NCBI GenBank assembly: GCA_016190205.1 | Contig: JACPQZ010000013.1 | Coordinates: 1 to 61,458 of the forward strand | Direction: 5' to 3' | DNA length: 61,458 nt | From: Candidatus Omnitrophota bacterium | GTDB lineage: Bacteria; Omnitrophota; JACPQZ01 | Part shown: positions 20,709 to 28,849 of the stretch, one piece after another | Layout: every line of letters begins with the position of its first letter | Numbering within the stretch: position 1 is the stretch's first letter | Program-made: the position numbers and the translations under genes | Notes under the pieces: generated by a model | Databases searched by the model: none | Told to the model about the DNA's origin: nothing | The model's input: the letters and a program-made list of their open reading frames with translations, nothing else

Positions 20709-21079
20709 AAGAGGTCCCTCACCTCTTGCACGAACTTTTTGGTCTCGATGGGCTTGATGATACAGCGATCGAAACCCGCCGCGCGGATCTTCTCCTGCTC
20801 CTCTCTCATGGCGAGCGCGGTCCAGGCAATGACCTTGACCGACCTGGACTTTTCCTTCGCGCGCACGGCCTTGAATAGTTCGAAGCCGTCCATATCCGGA
20901 AGATTGATGTCCATGAGAATAAGGTCCGGAGTTTCCGTCTTGAGCATCTGAAGGAGCTCCTGTCCGCTTTGAGCGGTGACCGCGCACATCCCGTGGAGCT
21001 CGAGGAGATCTACCGACAACTTGCGGTTCATCACATCGTCGTCCACCACGAAAATCTTCTTTTTCATATCGTCAGCCAT
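20699..21079 (-). CDS. Single-domain response regulator (CheY/DivK-like)
   Basis: IFVVDDD, DLILMDINLPDMDG, WTA, IKP. Confidence 0.93.
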   Translation of the reverse strand: MADDMKKKIFVVDDDVMNRKLSVDLLELHGMCAVTAQSGQELLQMLKTETPDLILMDINLPDMDGFELFKAVRAKEKSRSVKVIAWTALAMREEQEKIRAAGFDRCIIKPIETKKFVQEVRDLLAA

Positions 21080-21106
21080 TTCGAGTTACCCCCTCCTACC
21101 CTGTGG

Positions 21107-23425
21107 TTATGCGGCTTTCTTGCATGGCTCCCCCAGCGCTCGGTGAACTTCCCTAAGAAGGTCATTCTTGGAAACAGGTTTGGTGAGCGTATCCGCAGCA
21201 CCCAGGGCCCGGGACCTGGTCCGGTCGCCCATGGTGCTGATCATAAGAACAGGGATGGCTTGGGTCGTCTGATCTTTCTTGAGTTCAGTCAAGACCTCCC
21301 AGCCGTCCTTCTTAGGCAACATGACATCCAGCGTCACGAGGTCCGGACGCGCCTTTTTTGCCAAATCAAATCCCTTCACACCATCCTGCGCCACCTGAAC
21401 CTGGTAGCCAGCTTTCGAAAGGAGTGCGGAGATGAGCTTGGCGGCCTTAGGATCGTCCTCTATCACCAGAATCCTGTTCCCCCGGCCCGTGTGCGGTAGC
21501 GGTCCGGCCTCAACCAGCGCCTCGATGCCCCGAGAAACCTCGCCCTTGTTTGCCCCTGCGGGACCCTTAACCGGCAAGGCAAATGAAAAACAGGTCCCCT
21601 TGTCTTTCCCTTCGCTCTCAAACCAGAGCTCGCCTCCGTGGAGTTCGACCAGTTTTTTCGCGAGCGGCATCCCGAGCCCGGTCCCCGCATACTTTCTGGA
21701 GTACGCGCTGTCGATTTGCTCAAATTCAGCAAAGACCTTGTGACGGTCCTTTTCTTCAATACCGATTCCCGTGTCCCGGACTGAAAAAATGACCGTGCCT
21801 GTGTCGCGCTGGCCGGCCTCAATACTGATCCGGCCCCCTTCAGGCGTAAACTTGGTTGCGTTGGAAAGGAGGTTAAAGAGGATCTGCTTGAGCTTACGCT
21901 TGTCGGCGCGTAGTCCGCCCACGCTGTCCGCAATAGAGGCGGAAAGCTTGAGCCCCTGCTTGAGGGCCCTTTCCTTGATGATCGTGATGGCGCTTTCGAC
22001 GACCTCCCGAACGTTTACTTCTTCAAGCTCCAGCTCGAGCTTTCCCGCCTCCACCTTGGCGAGATCCAAGATGTCATTGATGAGCGAGAGGAGATGCCGT
22101 CCGCTCTCCAGGACATCCGTGACGTACTCTTTTTGCTTCGGGTTCAAAGCGCCGAAGCTCTCGTCCCGGAGGATCTCGGAAAATCCTATAACCGAATTGA
22201 GCGGGGTTCGGAGCTCATGCGACATGTGCGACAAAAACTCCGATTTGGACTTGCTGGCCGCCTCCGCCGCCTCCTTTGCGAGCTTAAGGTGCTGCTGGGA
22301 ATCAGAGAGGTTTTGCGCCATCTCGTTAAAGCTGGCCCCGAGAAGCCCCAGCTCATCTTTTGAACTCAAGCGGGCGCGTGCCTCGAGGTCTCCCGCACCT
22401 ACACGACGCGCCGCCCCGACCACAGCGCCCAGCGGGCCCGTGATACGTCGGGCGACGAGGAGACTCGCCAGCATACCTAAGAGGAGCACCCACCCCAGCA
22501 CCACCCACTCGTTGTGGATCATGGTGTCGATCTTCGCCACCGCTTCCTGTGTCAATTGATCCGTCAGCCGGTTGATCTTCTCCAGTATCTGCGCATTCAG
22601 GCGGCTGACCGAGCCCGCCGCAGAACGCACCTCCGGCACGCGGCTTAAGATAAGGTCCACATCCTGCGAAATCGGTCGATAGGCCTCCCGTATCTCTTCA
22701 AGCTGCTGGCGCACCGCGGGCGACTCCACCCCTTCTAGACCCAACTCCTCCGAGCCATTGAGGAGTCCGGTAATGATCTCGCTGACCAACTGGTTGAGCT
22801 CGGCGAGCTCCTGCCGCGCCCCATCGTCACCCCCCCAATAGGCGAAGGCCGCCTTTGCAATCCTCTGTCCCAGGGCGTCAAGCTCCGAGGCAAAGGCAAT
22901 GTCTTCCGCCCCGAGCCACCCAGCTCCCATCCCCTCAATCAGGCGGCTGAAGAGCCGGGAAACGAGCGGGATGCGACCGGCCAGATCCTCCAGGGCCAGG
23001 TGTACCTCGGGCATCTGACGCATCAAATCCATAAACCGCTTTCTCAAATCCTCCCAGCGCGCCGATATTTCATCACACTGAATACGGGCCTCCGCCTTGA
23101 AGGAGGTGGCCGATTCAATCCGGCTCACATGGATCTTGAGATCCGCCAGACTGGCTGCGTAGACGGACATGAGATTCTCCAGCACTGGGATGCGCCCGAG
23201 ATCGCCCGAGCGGAGGGCATGGGCCTCCTTGGACATCTTCTGAACAAGAAAGCGCAGTTCCCCCCCAGCCTTTATCATCTGCGCATCCTCGGCCTGGGTC
23301 TGCATCGTAGTGACCGTATAGGTCACGACGTAAGTCAATGCGATGGCGAAGAGCGAGCTCAACAGTATGAGTTTGCCGCCGATGGTAAAACCGCGTACTT
23401 TAAAAACCGCGACTTGCCGTGTCAA
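21107..23425 (-). CDS. Hybrid sensor histidine kinase (PilJ/NarX-like sensor, HAMP, HisKA, HATPase, REC)
   Basis: Two TM segments; DAQMIKAGGELRFLVQKM; SKDELGLL; SHELRTPLNSVIGF; NLLSNATKFT; DTGIGI; GTGLG; C-terminal REC IEDD/LDVMLP. Confidence 0.93.
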   Translation of the reverse strand: MTRQVAVFKVRGFTIGGKLILLSSLFAIALTYVVTYTVTTMQTQAEDAQMIKAGGELRFLVQKMSKEAHALRSGDLGRIPVLENLMSVYAASLADLKIHVSRIESATSFKAEARIQCDEISARWEDLRKRFMDLMRQMPEVHLALEDLAGRIPLVSRLFSRLIEGMGAGWLGAEDIAFASELDALGQRIAKAAFAYWGGDDGARQELAELNQLVSEIITGLLNGSEELGLEGVESPAVRQQLEEIREAYRPISQDVDLILSRVPEVRSAAGSVSRLNAQILEKINRLTDQLTQEAVAKIDTMIHNEWVVLGWVLLLGMLASLLVARRITGPLGAVVGAARRVGAGDLEARARLSSKDELGLLGASFNEMAQNLSDSQQHLKLAKEAAEAASKSKSEFLSHMSHELRTPLNSVIGFSEILRDESFGALNPKQKEYVTDVLESGRHLLSLINDILDLAKVEAGKLELELEEVNVREVVESAITIIKERALKQGLKLSASIADSVGGLRADKRKLKQILFNLLSNATKFTPEGGRISIEAGQRDTGTVIFSVRDTGIGIEEKDRHKVFAEFEQIDSAYSRKYAGTGLGMPLAKKLVELHGGELWFESEGKDKGTCFSFALPVKGPAGANKGEVSRGIEALVEAGPLPHTGRGNRILVIEDDPKAAKLISALLSKAGYQVQVAQDGVKGFDLAKKARPDLVTLDVMLPKKDGWEVLTELKKDQTTQAIPVLMISTMGDRTRSRALGAADTLTKPVSKNDLLREVHRALGEPCKKAA

Positions 23426-23673
23426 TGGGTTGGTCTCCGAGAAAAATTGTGCTTTCTATGAAAATACAAAGCACATATAAAATATAAACTATTACAAGCG
23501 CAACATGCAAATAGTGATATGTGTCTAACACAAGTAATCATATATAGTTACGATATAGTAGTTGCTTATTTTCATGTTCACTTTTGGCTGATTACTTGCA
23601 CAATGCATGTACGCCCTAACTTTAGGAAAATGAGCAGAATATTGACAACTCACCCTTAAATCAAGTAATTTAT

Positions 23674-24192
23674 GTGCCAATGCTTACATTTGCCAAAGAT
23701 AGTTCAGAAATGCGCTTGTCGCCAGGCGGGGCGGTCTTTCTGCGGACTGCCTTTATCGCACTTTATCTCCTGGGGTGCGCGTCTGCCCCGGCTCAAGAAG
23801 ACAAGTCTCAAGTGAAAGATCCTTTTCCGCTTGAAGAGCCCTGGGTTGAGGCCCTCCCTGTGCCTTACGATCCGGAGCTTGAGCAGCAGATCCAGGAGGT
23901 GCAGGAGTCAATTAGCACGCTTCACGAGCAGATGGTCCGGAGGAAGGCCGCGTTGGAGCAGGCTTTAGAGCCCGGCGAGGAAGGCCGCATACGGGAGGAG
24001 CTCTCACAACTCAAGCACGAGCGGGATGCCCTTGAAAAAATGTTACACAACCTCGTTGACGAGGCCAGGGCGTCCGAATGGACCAAGATAGACGAGGCCT
24101 TAAAGCGCACGCGCCGGCTGGATATCCTGGAGGATAGAAAGGAGCGCAAGGAAGAAGCGGTGCGCGATAAACGCGATGAAGAGCTGCAATAA
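23674..24192 (+). CDS. Predicted coiled-coil lipoprotein
   Basis: Lipobox-like LYLLGC; long charged helical body; start may be ATG 23710. Confidence 0.65.
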   Translation: MPMLTFAKDSSEMRLSPGGAVFLRTAFIALYLLGCASAPAQEDKSQVKDPFPLEEPWVEALPVPYDPELEQQIQEVQESISTLHEQMVRRKAALEQALEPGEEGRIREELSQLKHERDALEKMLHNLVDEARASEWTKIDEALKRTRRLDILEDRKERKEEAVRDKRDEELQ

Positions 24193-25249
24193 CCTGCGTA
24201 CGAAATCTCAGAGGGTTTTAAGCGGGCTCGTGTGGGCCCTCTTCTTTTGCCTGTTCACGCAATCGGTCCTGGCCCAGGAAAAAGAGCTCCCTCCCTTGAC
24301 GGCAACCCTCTCGACCGAGCAGGCCCTGGCCGCCATCAAGGAAAGGGCCAAGAAAATCGTCGAGGCGCGCAAGAAAGCTAAGCGGCTTAAAATATCTGGC
24401 GAGCTCTCCACCGTGGCCGCATATGAAACCAACCCTTCCAACGGCGCCACTCACAAGGGTGATACGTATTTTGAGGAGGACGCCTCGGTCACCCTCTCCA
24501 AGAAGCTCTCGAATACTTGGCGCTGGAATGCGAGCTACAGTGAATCCTATATCAGTTATCTCGAATACACCGACGGGACCTACTTCACCCAGACCTTGAC
24601 TGCCAGCAAACTGACATGGAACCCAGGCAAGATGTGGCGACTGGAAGGCTGGACGGACTTGGACTACAACTGGTATCCGCGCTCGAACGGTTCCAGCTAC
24701 CGCCAGATTAAGCCGGTGGGACGCATCCGGCAGAATTTAACCGATATCTTCTTCCACCAATTGCAATACGAATGGTTTTTCCGGGACTACATCGATAAGA
24801 GCGCCGACGATGGAGAGGGGACGGATACCGAAGACAGACGCCACGATATCCGTGACCGCCTCCGGTACAAGGTGGGGGCCACCATCCACGACTGGCTTTG
24901 TACCGTTGAGAACGCCTGGTACTCGAATCAGTCCAATGACCAGCGCGAGGATTACTACGATTATGACGTCTACAAGGTAACGGGCTCGCTCAACGGTGAT
25001 CTCACAGAGAAGTTAAGCGTGAGCCTTAGTTACGCCTGGGAGCGCAAAAACTACGAGCACCGGCTGGTGAGCAATCTTGACAATGCCCGTTACGACGATA
25101 AGAACTCCATTACCCTCTCGGCCACCTACACCATCAATGACGACTGGAAGGTGGGGGGCAAGGTCGACATTAATGACCTGGAATCCAACCAGCCGAGCGG
25201 CGAATACACGGACATCACAAACAGCCTCACTGTAACCCGCAGCTTTTAG
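24176..25249 (+). CDS. Outer-membrane beta-barrel protein of unknown family
   Basis: Signal peptide, short basic helix, many Tyr/Trp-rich alternating strands, C-terminal Phe (NSLTVTRSF). Confidence 0.78.
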   Translation: MKSCNNLRTKSQRVLSGLVWALFFCLFTQSVLAQEKELPPLTATLSTEQALAAIKERAKKIVEARKKAKRLKISGELSTVAAYETNPSNGATHKGDTYFEEDASVTLSKKLSNTWRWNASYSESYISYLEYTDGTYFTQTLTASKLTWNPGKMWRLEGWTDLDYNWYPRSNGSSYRQIKPVGRIRQNLTDIFFHQLQYEWFFRDYIDKSADDGEGTDTEDRRHDIRDRLRYKVGATIHDWLCTVENAWYSNQSNDQREDYYDYDVYKVTGSLNGDLTEKLSVSLSYAWERKNYEHRLVSNLDNARYDDKNSITLSATYTINDDWKVGGKVDINDLESNQPSGEYTDITNSLTVTRSF

Positions 25250-25276
25250 CGGCCCGCAAGAATCCTTAAAATGAAG

Positions 25277-25307
25277 CCCCCCTTTCCCGGTAAACGGGAA
25301 AGGGGGG
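25277..25307. terminator. Hairpin terminator between convergent genes
   Basis: cccccctttcccg-gtaaa-cgggaaagggggg (13-bp stem), T-rich flank. Confidence 0.75.
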
Positions 25308-25332
25308 TTGTCTTTTGCTTTTAAACCGCGGT

Positions 25333-26769
25333 CTACAGTATCGGGGTGTGGCCGTGGCCCAAGTGCTCCGCAACCTCTTCGGGCGTGAAGCCCTCGAAGC
25401 TGTGTTCGTTAGGATCGGGATCGGGATCGGGCTCCGGCTCTGGCTGTGGCTCGGGCTCCGGCTGTGGCTCGGGCTGTGGCGGAGGAGGAGGCGGCGGGAT
25501 ATAGTTGTCATAATTTTGATTTTCGAAATCCCGCGGCTCAAAATCCTGATAATTCTGCTCGAAGTCCTGGAAATTTTGCTCAAATTCCTGGTAATTCTGT
25601 TCGAAGTCCTGGTGATTCTGTTCGAACTCCTGGGAATACTGCTCGAACTCCTGCGAAAATTGCTCGAACTCGTTCGAGTACTGCTCGAAGTCCCCCATAT
25701 TTCCCTCGAACTGCTCGGGGCCCATGCCTTCGAACTGCTCTGGGTGAAAGCCCTCGAAATGCTCGGGGTTCATCCCTTCAAACTGCTCGGGGTTAAAGCC
25801 CTCGAACTCCGTCCCGATGCCGTCTTGAAATAGCTCACCCATCTCGCGCATCAAGGACTCGCGGGTAGCGGGGTCAGCCGCCTCCCAGGTCTGCCGCATC
25901 TCATTCATTTGCTCAAATTCGGCCTGGCTGATCTCACCGCTCGCAAGGGCTTCCTGGAGATCCCCCTCGGTGGGGGCTTGCATTTCCCCTATGGGGCCCT
26001 GAAATTCACCCATGGGACCCTGAAATTCCCCGCCGGGGCCGGGACCGCGAAATTCCCCGCCGGGACCGCGAAATTCACCCATCGGGCCTTGAAATTCCCC
26101 GGCGGGACCGGGACCACGAAATTCACCGGGCCCTCCGAACCGCTCGGGACCGCCCCTGTAGGGGCCTTCACCTCGAGAAAAGCCCTCAAAGCCGAGTTGT
26201 GCCATGTGTATTTCGCGCTCGCCGGCCCCCCGGCTCAACGCCTCCCCTTCCCACTCGCGGAACATCTCCCGCGCGTGCTCCATCATTTCCGGAGAAGGCA
26301 TATAGCGCTCGCCGACCTCAAAAGCGGCCATGGCCCTTTCCCCCTCTTGAAGCATAAGCTCCATTTCCTGGGCCGCTTCCGGATCTACAGCCCTAAGCCG
26401 CTCGATCTCCGCCAGGGCCTGGCCCTGGTTAAGCTCAAATTGCTCACGGGCCGCCTCGCGCACCTGGGGCGGGATCTCGACACTAAGATCGCGGCCGGAC
26501 CGCATGATGTCCGCCGCTTCGCGCACCACCGCGGCGCGCTCCATCGGGTCCGTCACGCAGTCCTCCGCCAGATCACGCACGGCCCCCGCAAGCTCCGCGT
26601 CCTGCGCGAGTTCCGGATCGTTCTCGATGTAGGCCTCGACAGCCGCTGCGAGAACCGGGTCCGTGGTTGCCAATTGAGCCTGGGCGGTCTCTAGATATGC
26701 AGGATTTAATACCAGCGCCATAGCGAGCGCGAGGTGCGTCGAAACCTTAAGTGCGGTACCCATATTCAT
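25333..26769 (-). CDS. Secreted acidic multi-repeat protein (GPGGEF, FEGxxPEx and EQYSQEF-type repeats, Pro-rich linker)
   Basis: Signal peptide, AAGGGAGATG RBS; nucleotide and peptide repeats visible; His-containing C-tail. Confidence 0.8.
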   Translation of the reverse strand: MNMGTALKVSTHLALAMALVLNPAYLETAQAQLATTDPVLAAAVEAYIENDPELAQDAELAGAVRDLAEDCVTDPMERAAVVREAADIMRSGRDLSVEIPPQVREAAREQFELNQGQALAEIERLRAVDPEAAQEMELMLQEGERAMAAFEVGERYMPSPEMMEHAREMFREWEGEALSRGAGEREIHMAQLGFEGFSRGEGPYRGGPERFGGPGEFRGPGPAGEFQGPMGEFRGPGGEFRGPGPGGEFQGPMGEFQGPIGEMQAPTEGDLQEALASGEISQAEFEQMNEMRQTWEAADPATRESLMREMGELFQDGIGTEFEGFNPEQFEGMNPEHFEGFHPEQFEGMGPEQFEGNMGDFEQYSNEFEQFSQEFEQYSQEFEQNHQDFEQNYQEFEQNFQDFEQNYQDFEPRDFENQNYDNYIPPPPPPPQPEPQPEPEPQPEPEPDPDPDPNEHSFEGFTPEEVAEHLGHGHTPIL

Positions 26770-26793
26770 CTCCTCCCTTATGCTGTTACTTTC

Positions 26794-27888
26794 TTACATA
26801 GGCTGCGGTTCGTATTCCTCTGGATTAGGCCTTTCCTCCACCTCGACCGGTTGATCAAAATCGAGGTCGAGTTCGATGGTCTCATGCTCGTATTCCGGCG
26901 CGTCGTACTCGTGCTCCAACTCTGGAGTTTCGTAGTCCGCCTCCGGGGCTTCGTAATCCGGCACCTCTGACTCATTTTCGGCCGCCTCAAAATCGCTTTC
27001 TACTGCCTCGTATTCGTGGTCCAGCCCCTCATACTCATTTTCCATGGCTTCGTATTCGTGCTCCATGGTCTCGAAGTCGTGTTCCGCTGAAGGTGCTTCG
27101 TAGTCCGATTCCTGGGCCTCGTGATCTGTCAATCCCTCCATCTGGGATTCGTTCTCTTCTCCCGGATCTCCGTAAAAATCTGATGGCTCGTACTCGTCAT
27201 TCCGAAGCGCGTCTTCTTCCCCACTGTAATCCACCCACTCCGATGGCTCGCTATTTTCCAAGTATTCGTTCTCCAACTCAAAACCAGAGTCCCGGAGCTC
27301 GCTCCCCCACCGCTCCTCCATCTCTTGACGGAACTGCTCGAATTCCTCCGGAGCAAACTCTCCGTGCTCTTCGCCCGTGAAGGGGTTCTCCGTCTCCCAC
27401 TGCTCTTTCATGATGGCCTGTTCCCCGGGGGTCGCGTTTTCGTACTGCTCCCACATCGCTTTTTGCTCGTCCGTCATCTCTCCAGGCAGTCCCTCTCCAC
27501 CCTGGCCGTATGGGTCAAACCCCTGATTTTCGAAGATCGGATATCCACCGCCAGGCAGGGTCACCCCCTCCGGCAGCAGGCCTCCCTGAGTCAGGAGCTC
27601 CGGGGTACCCTCTCCCAGGTTTCCACCTTCACCTTCCTGGCGGAAAGACTCCATGGCATCACGGGCAAGGGCCTCCGCTTCTTCAAGGCTTAATCCATGC
27701 TCCGCTTGCAAGTTAGCGACGAGGTCCTCGAAGCTCACCCCCTCTGCCCCACCCTCGGATAACGAGGCGGCATCGGGACTCACCGCATCCTCTGCCTCAT
27801 CAGCCGCTTGAACGGCGGGTGCACCTAAAAGAATTAAACCCAAAATGAGAACGCTCAAAACTTCCTTCAGCCACTCTGTACGGCTCAT
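26794..27888 (-). CDS. Secreted Glu/Asp-rich low-complexity protein with HEYEA-type heptads
   Basis: GAGGAGAG RBS, signal peptide ending AVQA, E/D-dominated body with few K/R. Confidence 0.8.
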   Translation of the reverse strand: MSRTEWLKEVLSVLILGLILLGAPAVQAADEAEDAVSPDAASLSEGGAEGVSFEDLVANLQAEHGLSLEEAEALARDAMESFRQEGEGGNLGEGTPELLTQGGLLPEGVTLPGGGYPIFENQGFDPYGQGGEGLPGEMTDEQKAMWEQYENATPGEQAIMKEQWETENPFTGEEHGEFAPEEFEQFRQEMEERWGSELRDSGFELENEYLENSEPSEWVDYSGEEDALRNDEYEPSDFYGDPGEENESQMEGLTDHEAQESDYEAPSAEHDFETMEHEYEAMENEYEGLDHEYEAVESDFEAAENESEVPDYEAPEADYETPELEHEYDAPEYEHETIELDLDFDQPVEVEERPNPEEYEPQPM

Positions 27889-27920
27889 GTTGTCTCTCCT
27901 CTTCGCTGGCTTTAGTCCAC

Positions 27921-27950
27921 AAAAAAGCCCTTTCCAGTTAAGGAAAGGGC
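27921..27950 (-). terminator. Intrinsic terminator, riboswitch expression platform
   Basis: Minus strand GCCCTTTCC-ttaact-GGAAAGGGC-TTTTTT, ~30 nt upstream of the 27888 start codon. Confidence 0.85.
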
Positions 27951-27977
27951 AAAATAGTATGGTTAAGCTTTAACCAC

Positions 27978-28060
27978 CTGGCAACTGGCTATCCGCCAAA
28001 CAGCGCGGCGGACCCTATAGCTTTGCGCCCCCGCCTTACGACGGGTTTGCCCTTTTCAGG
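27978..28060 (-). promoter_or_regulatory. c-di-GMP-I (GEMM) riboswitch aptamer
   Basis: Minus strand GGGCAAACCCGTC-GTAA-GGCGGGGGCGCAAAGCTATAGGGTC...GATAGCCAGTTGCC: GGCAAAC, GNRA-capped stem, CGCAAAGC and AGCCAG-TGCC hallmarks. Confidence 0.92.
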
Positions 28061-28076
28061 AAATCATCTAACTAGA

Positions 28077-28105
28077 AGTGTACCGCATAAAGTCGTAAGA
28101 TGCAA
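28077..28105 (-). promoter_or_regulatory. sigma70 promoter driving the riboswitch leader
   Basis: Minus strand TTGCAT-17 nt-TACACT ending ~17 nt before the aptamer. Confidence 0.65.
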
Positions 28106-28159
28106 AAAAACACATCCTATCTAACCCATTTAAATTAAATAGGATAGATATATGTGCCT

Positions 28160-28432
28160 TTATTCCTCCCGTACCGGGCGCTCTACCTCGCGCCCTTCGG
28201 TCCCCACATCCTCTTGGGGGGTTTCAGCCAACTCCTCACGCCTTCCTGAAAGAAGGGCCCGAAAACCACGAACGAGCCTCTCCTTGAGTTCGGCGATGGA
28301 CCCGCGCTCCCCCGCGCCCGCGTTTTTGATCGCAGATAATGCCCGGCTGCCACCACTATCCTGTGCGTCTGCGCTTCCACAGAAAAAGATAAGGGCCAAG
28401 CTCAACATGACCAGCGGGACAACGCGGCGCAT
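28160..28432 (-). CDS. Small secreted hypothetical protein
   Basis: AAAGAGGG RBS plus ATG 28432, signal peptide MRRVVPLVMLSLALIFFCGSADA; the longer ORF-track N-terminus is repeat-derived. Confidence 0.65.
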   Translation of the reverse strand: MRRVVPLVMLSLALIFFCGSADAQDSGGSRALSAIKNAGAGERGSIAELKERLVRGFRALLSGRREELAETPQEDVGTEGREVERPVREE

Positions 28433-28453
28433 ATAGCCCTCTTTTACCCCGTG

Positions 28454-28597
28454 CGTATCTCGTATCTCGTGAAGCGTATCTCGACAGCCCCTTGTCATGC
28501 GAGCCTCGTTCGTATCTCGTATCTCGTGAAGCGTATCTCGCAATCGAATATTACTACGTTTGCGCTTCACGCTTCACGAGCGACGCTTCACGCAACA
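28454..28597. repeat. Heptamer arrays including a duplicated 30-bp block
   Basis: cgtatctcgtatctcgtgaagcgtatctcg at 28454-28483 and 28511-28540; cgcttca-type array at 28563 shares a 25-mer with 20625. Confidence 0.9.
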
Positions 28598-28616
28598 GGC
28601 TACTGAACGTTAAAAG

Positions 28617-28849
28617 AGCCCGCGAGGGGATCTCACGTCGCGCCGGCTCTTAGATCCATCTAATTTGAAACGCCGGCGCTCCCTAAGGGGGGTGCTCGCT
28701 AACAACGCAAATTTCGCGCAGCTACGCACCCCCCTTAGATTCCCCCCTCAACGCTTTCAACCTTGCTCAGGTGGAAAACTCCCGTTTTCCCCCTGAAACC
28801 CCTTTTCCCGTTCGATCCCACTCGCTAAGCAAACCTAGTAAGATAACTA
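28617..28849. other. Structured non-coding element downstream of tRNA-Thr, bounded by copies of the tRNA 3' end (MITE-like or ncRNA)
   Basis: Degenerate direct repeat of the tRNA 3' end at 28617-28632, perfect 16-bp inverted copy at 28810-28825, 13-bp and 8-bp internal inverted repeats. Confidence 0.5.

Noticed and set aside
23500-23530. Possible second ECF promoter (CAAC-N17-TGTCTAA) upstream of the lipoprotein
   Set aside because: Spacing and -10 deviate from the 56932 motif and the region is AT-rich; too weak to call
25315-26694. Plus-strand Leu-rich ORFs 25315-25833 and 25909-26694
   Set aside because: Reverse-complement read of the EQ/EF repeats of the minus-strand gene
25333-27888. 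Magnetosome (Mam/Mms) genes
   Set aside because: No recognisable MamA/B/E/K/M/P or magnetochrome motifs; acidity alone is insufficient
28454-28540. Repeat-spacer-repeat pattern resembling a mini-CRISPR
   Set aside because: Only two copies, internally made of heptamer units, no leader and no cas genes; the same units occur at many non-array sites
28433-28570. N-terminal extension RDTLHEIRDT of ORF 28160-28570
   Set aside because: Translation of a heptamer array; a better RBS and signal peptide begin at 28432
28617-28849. tmRNA, 6S, SRP, RNase P or glycine riboswitch
   Set aside because: None of their diagnostic sequence motifs could be found by eye
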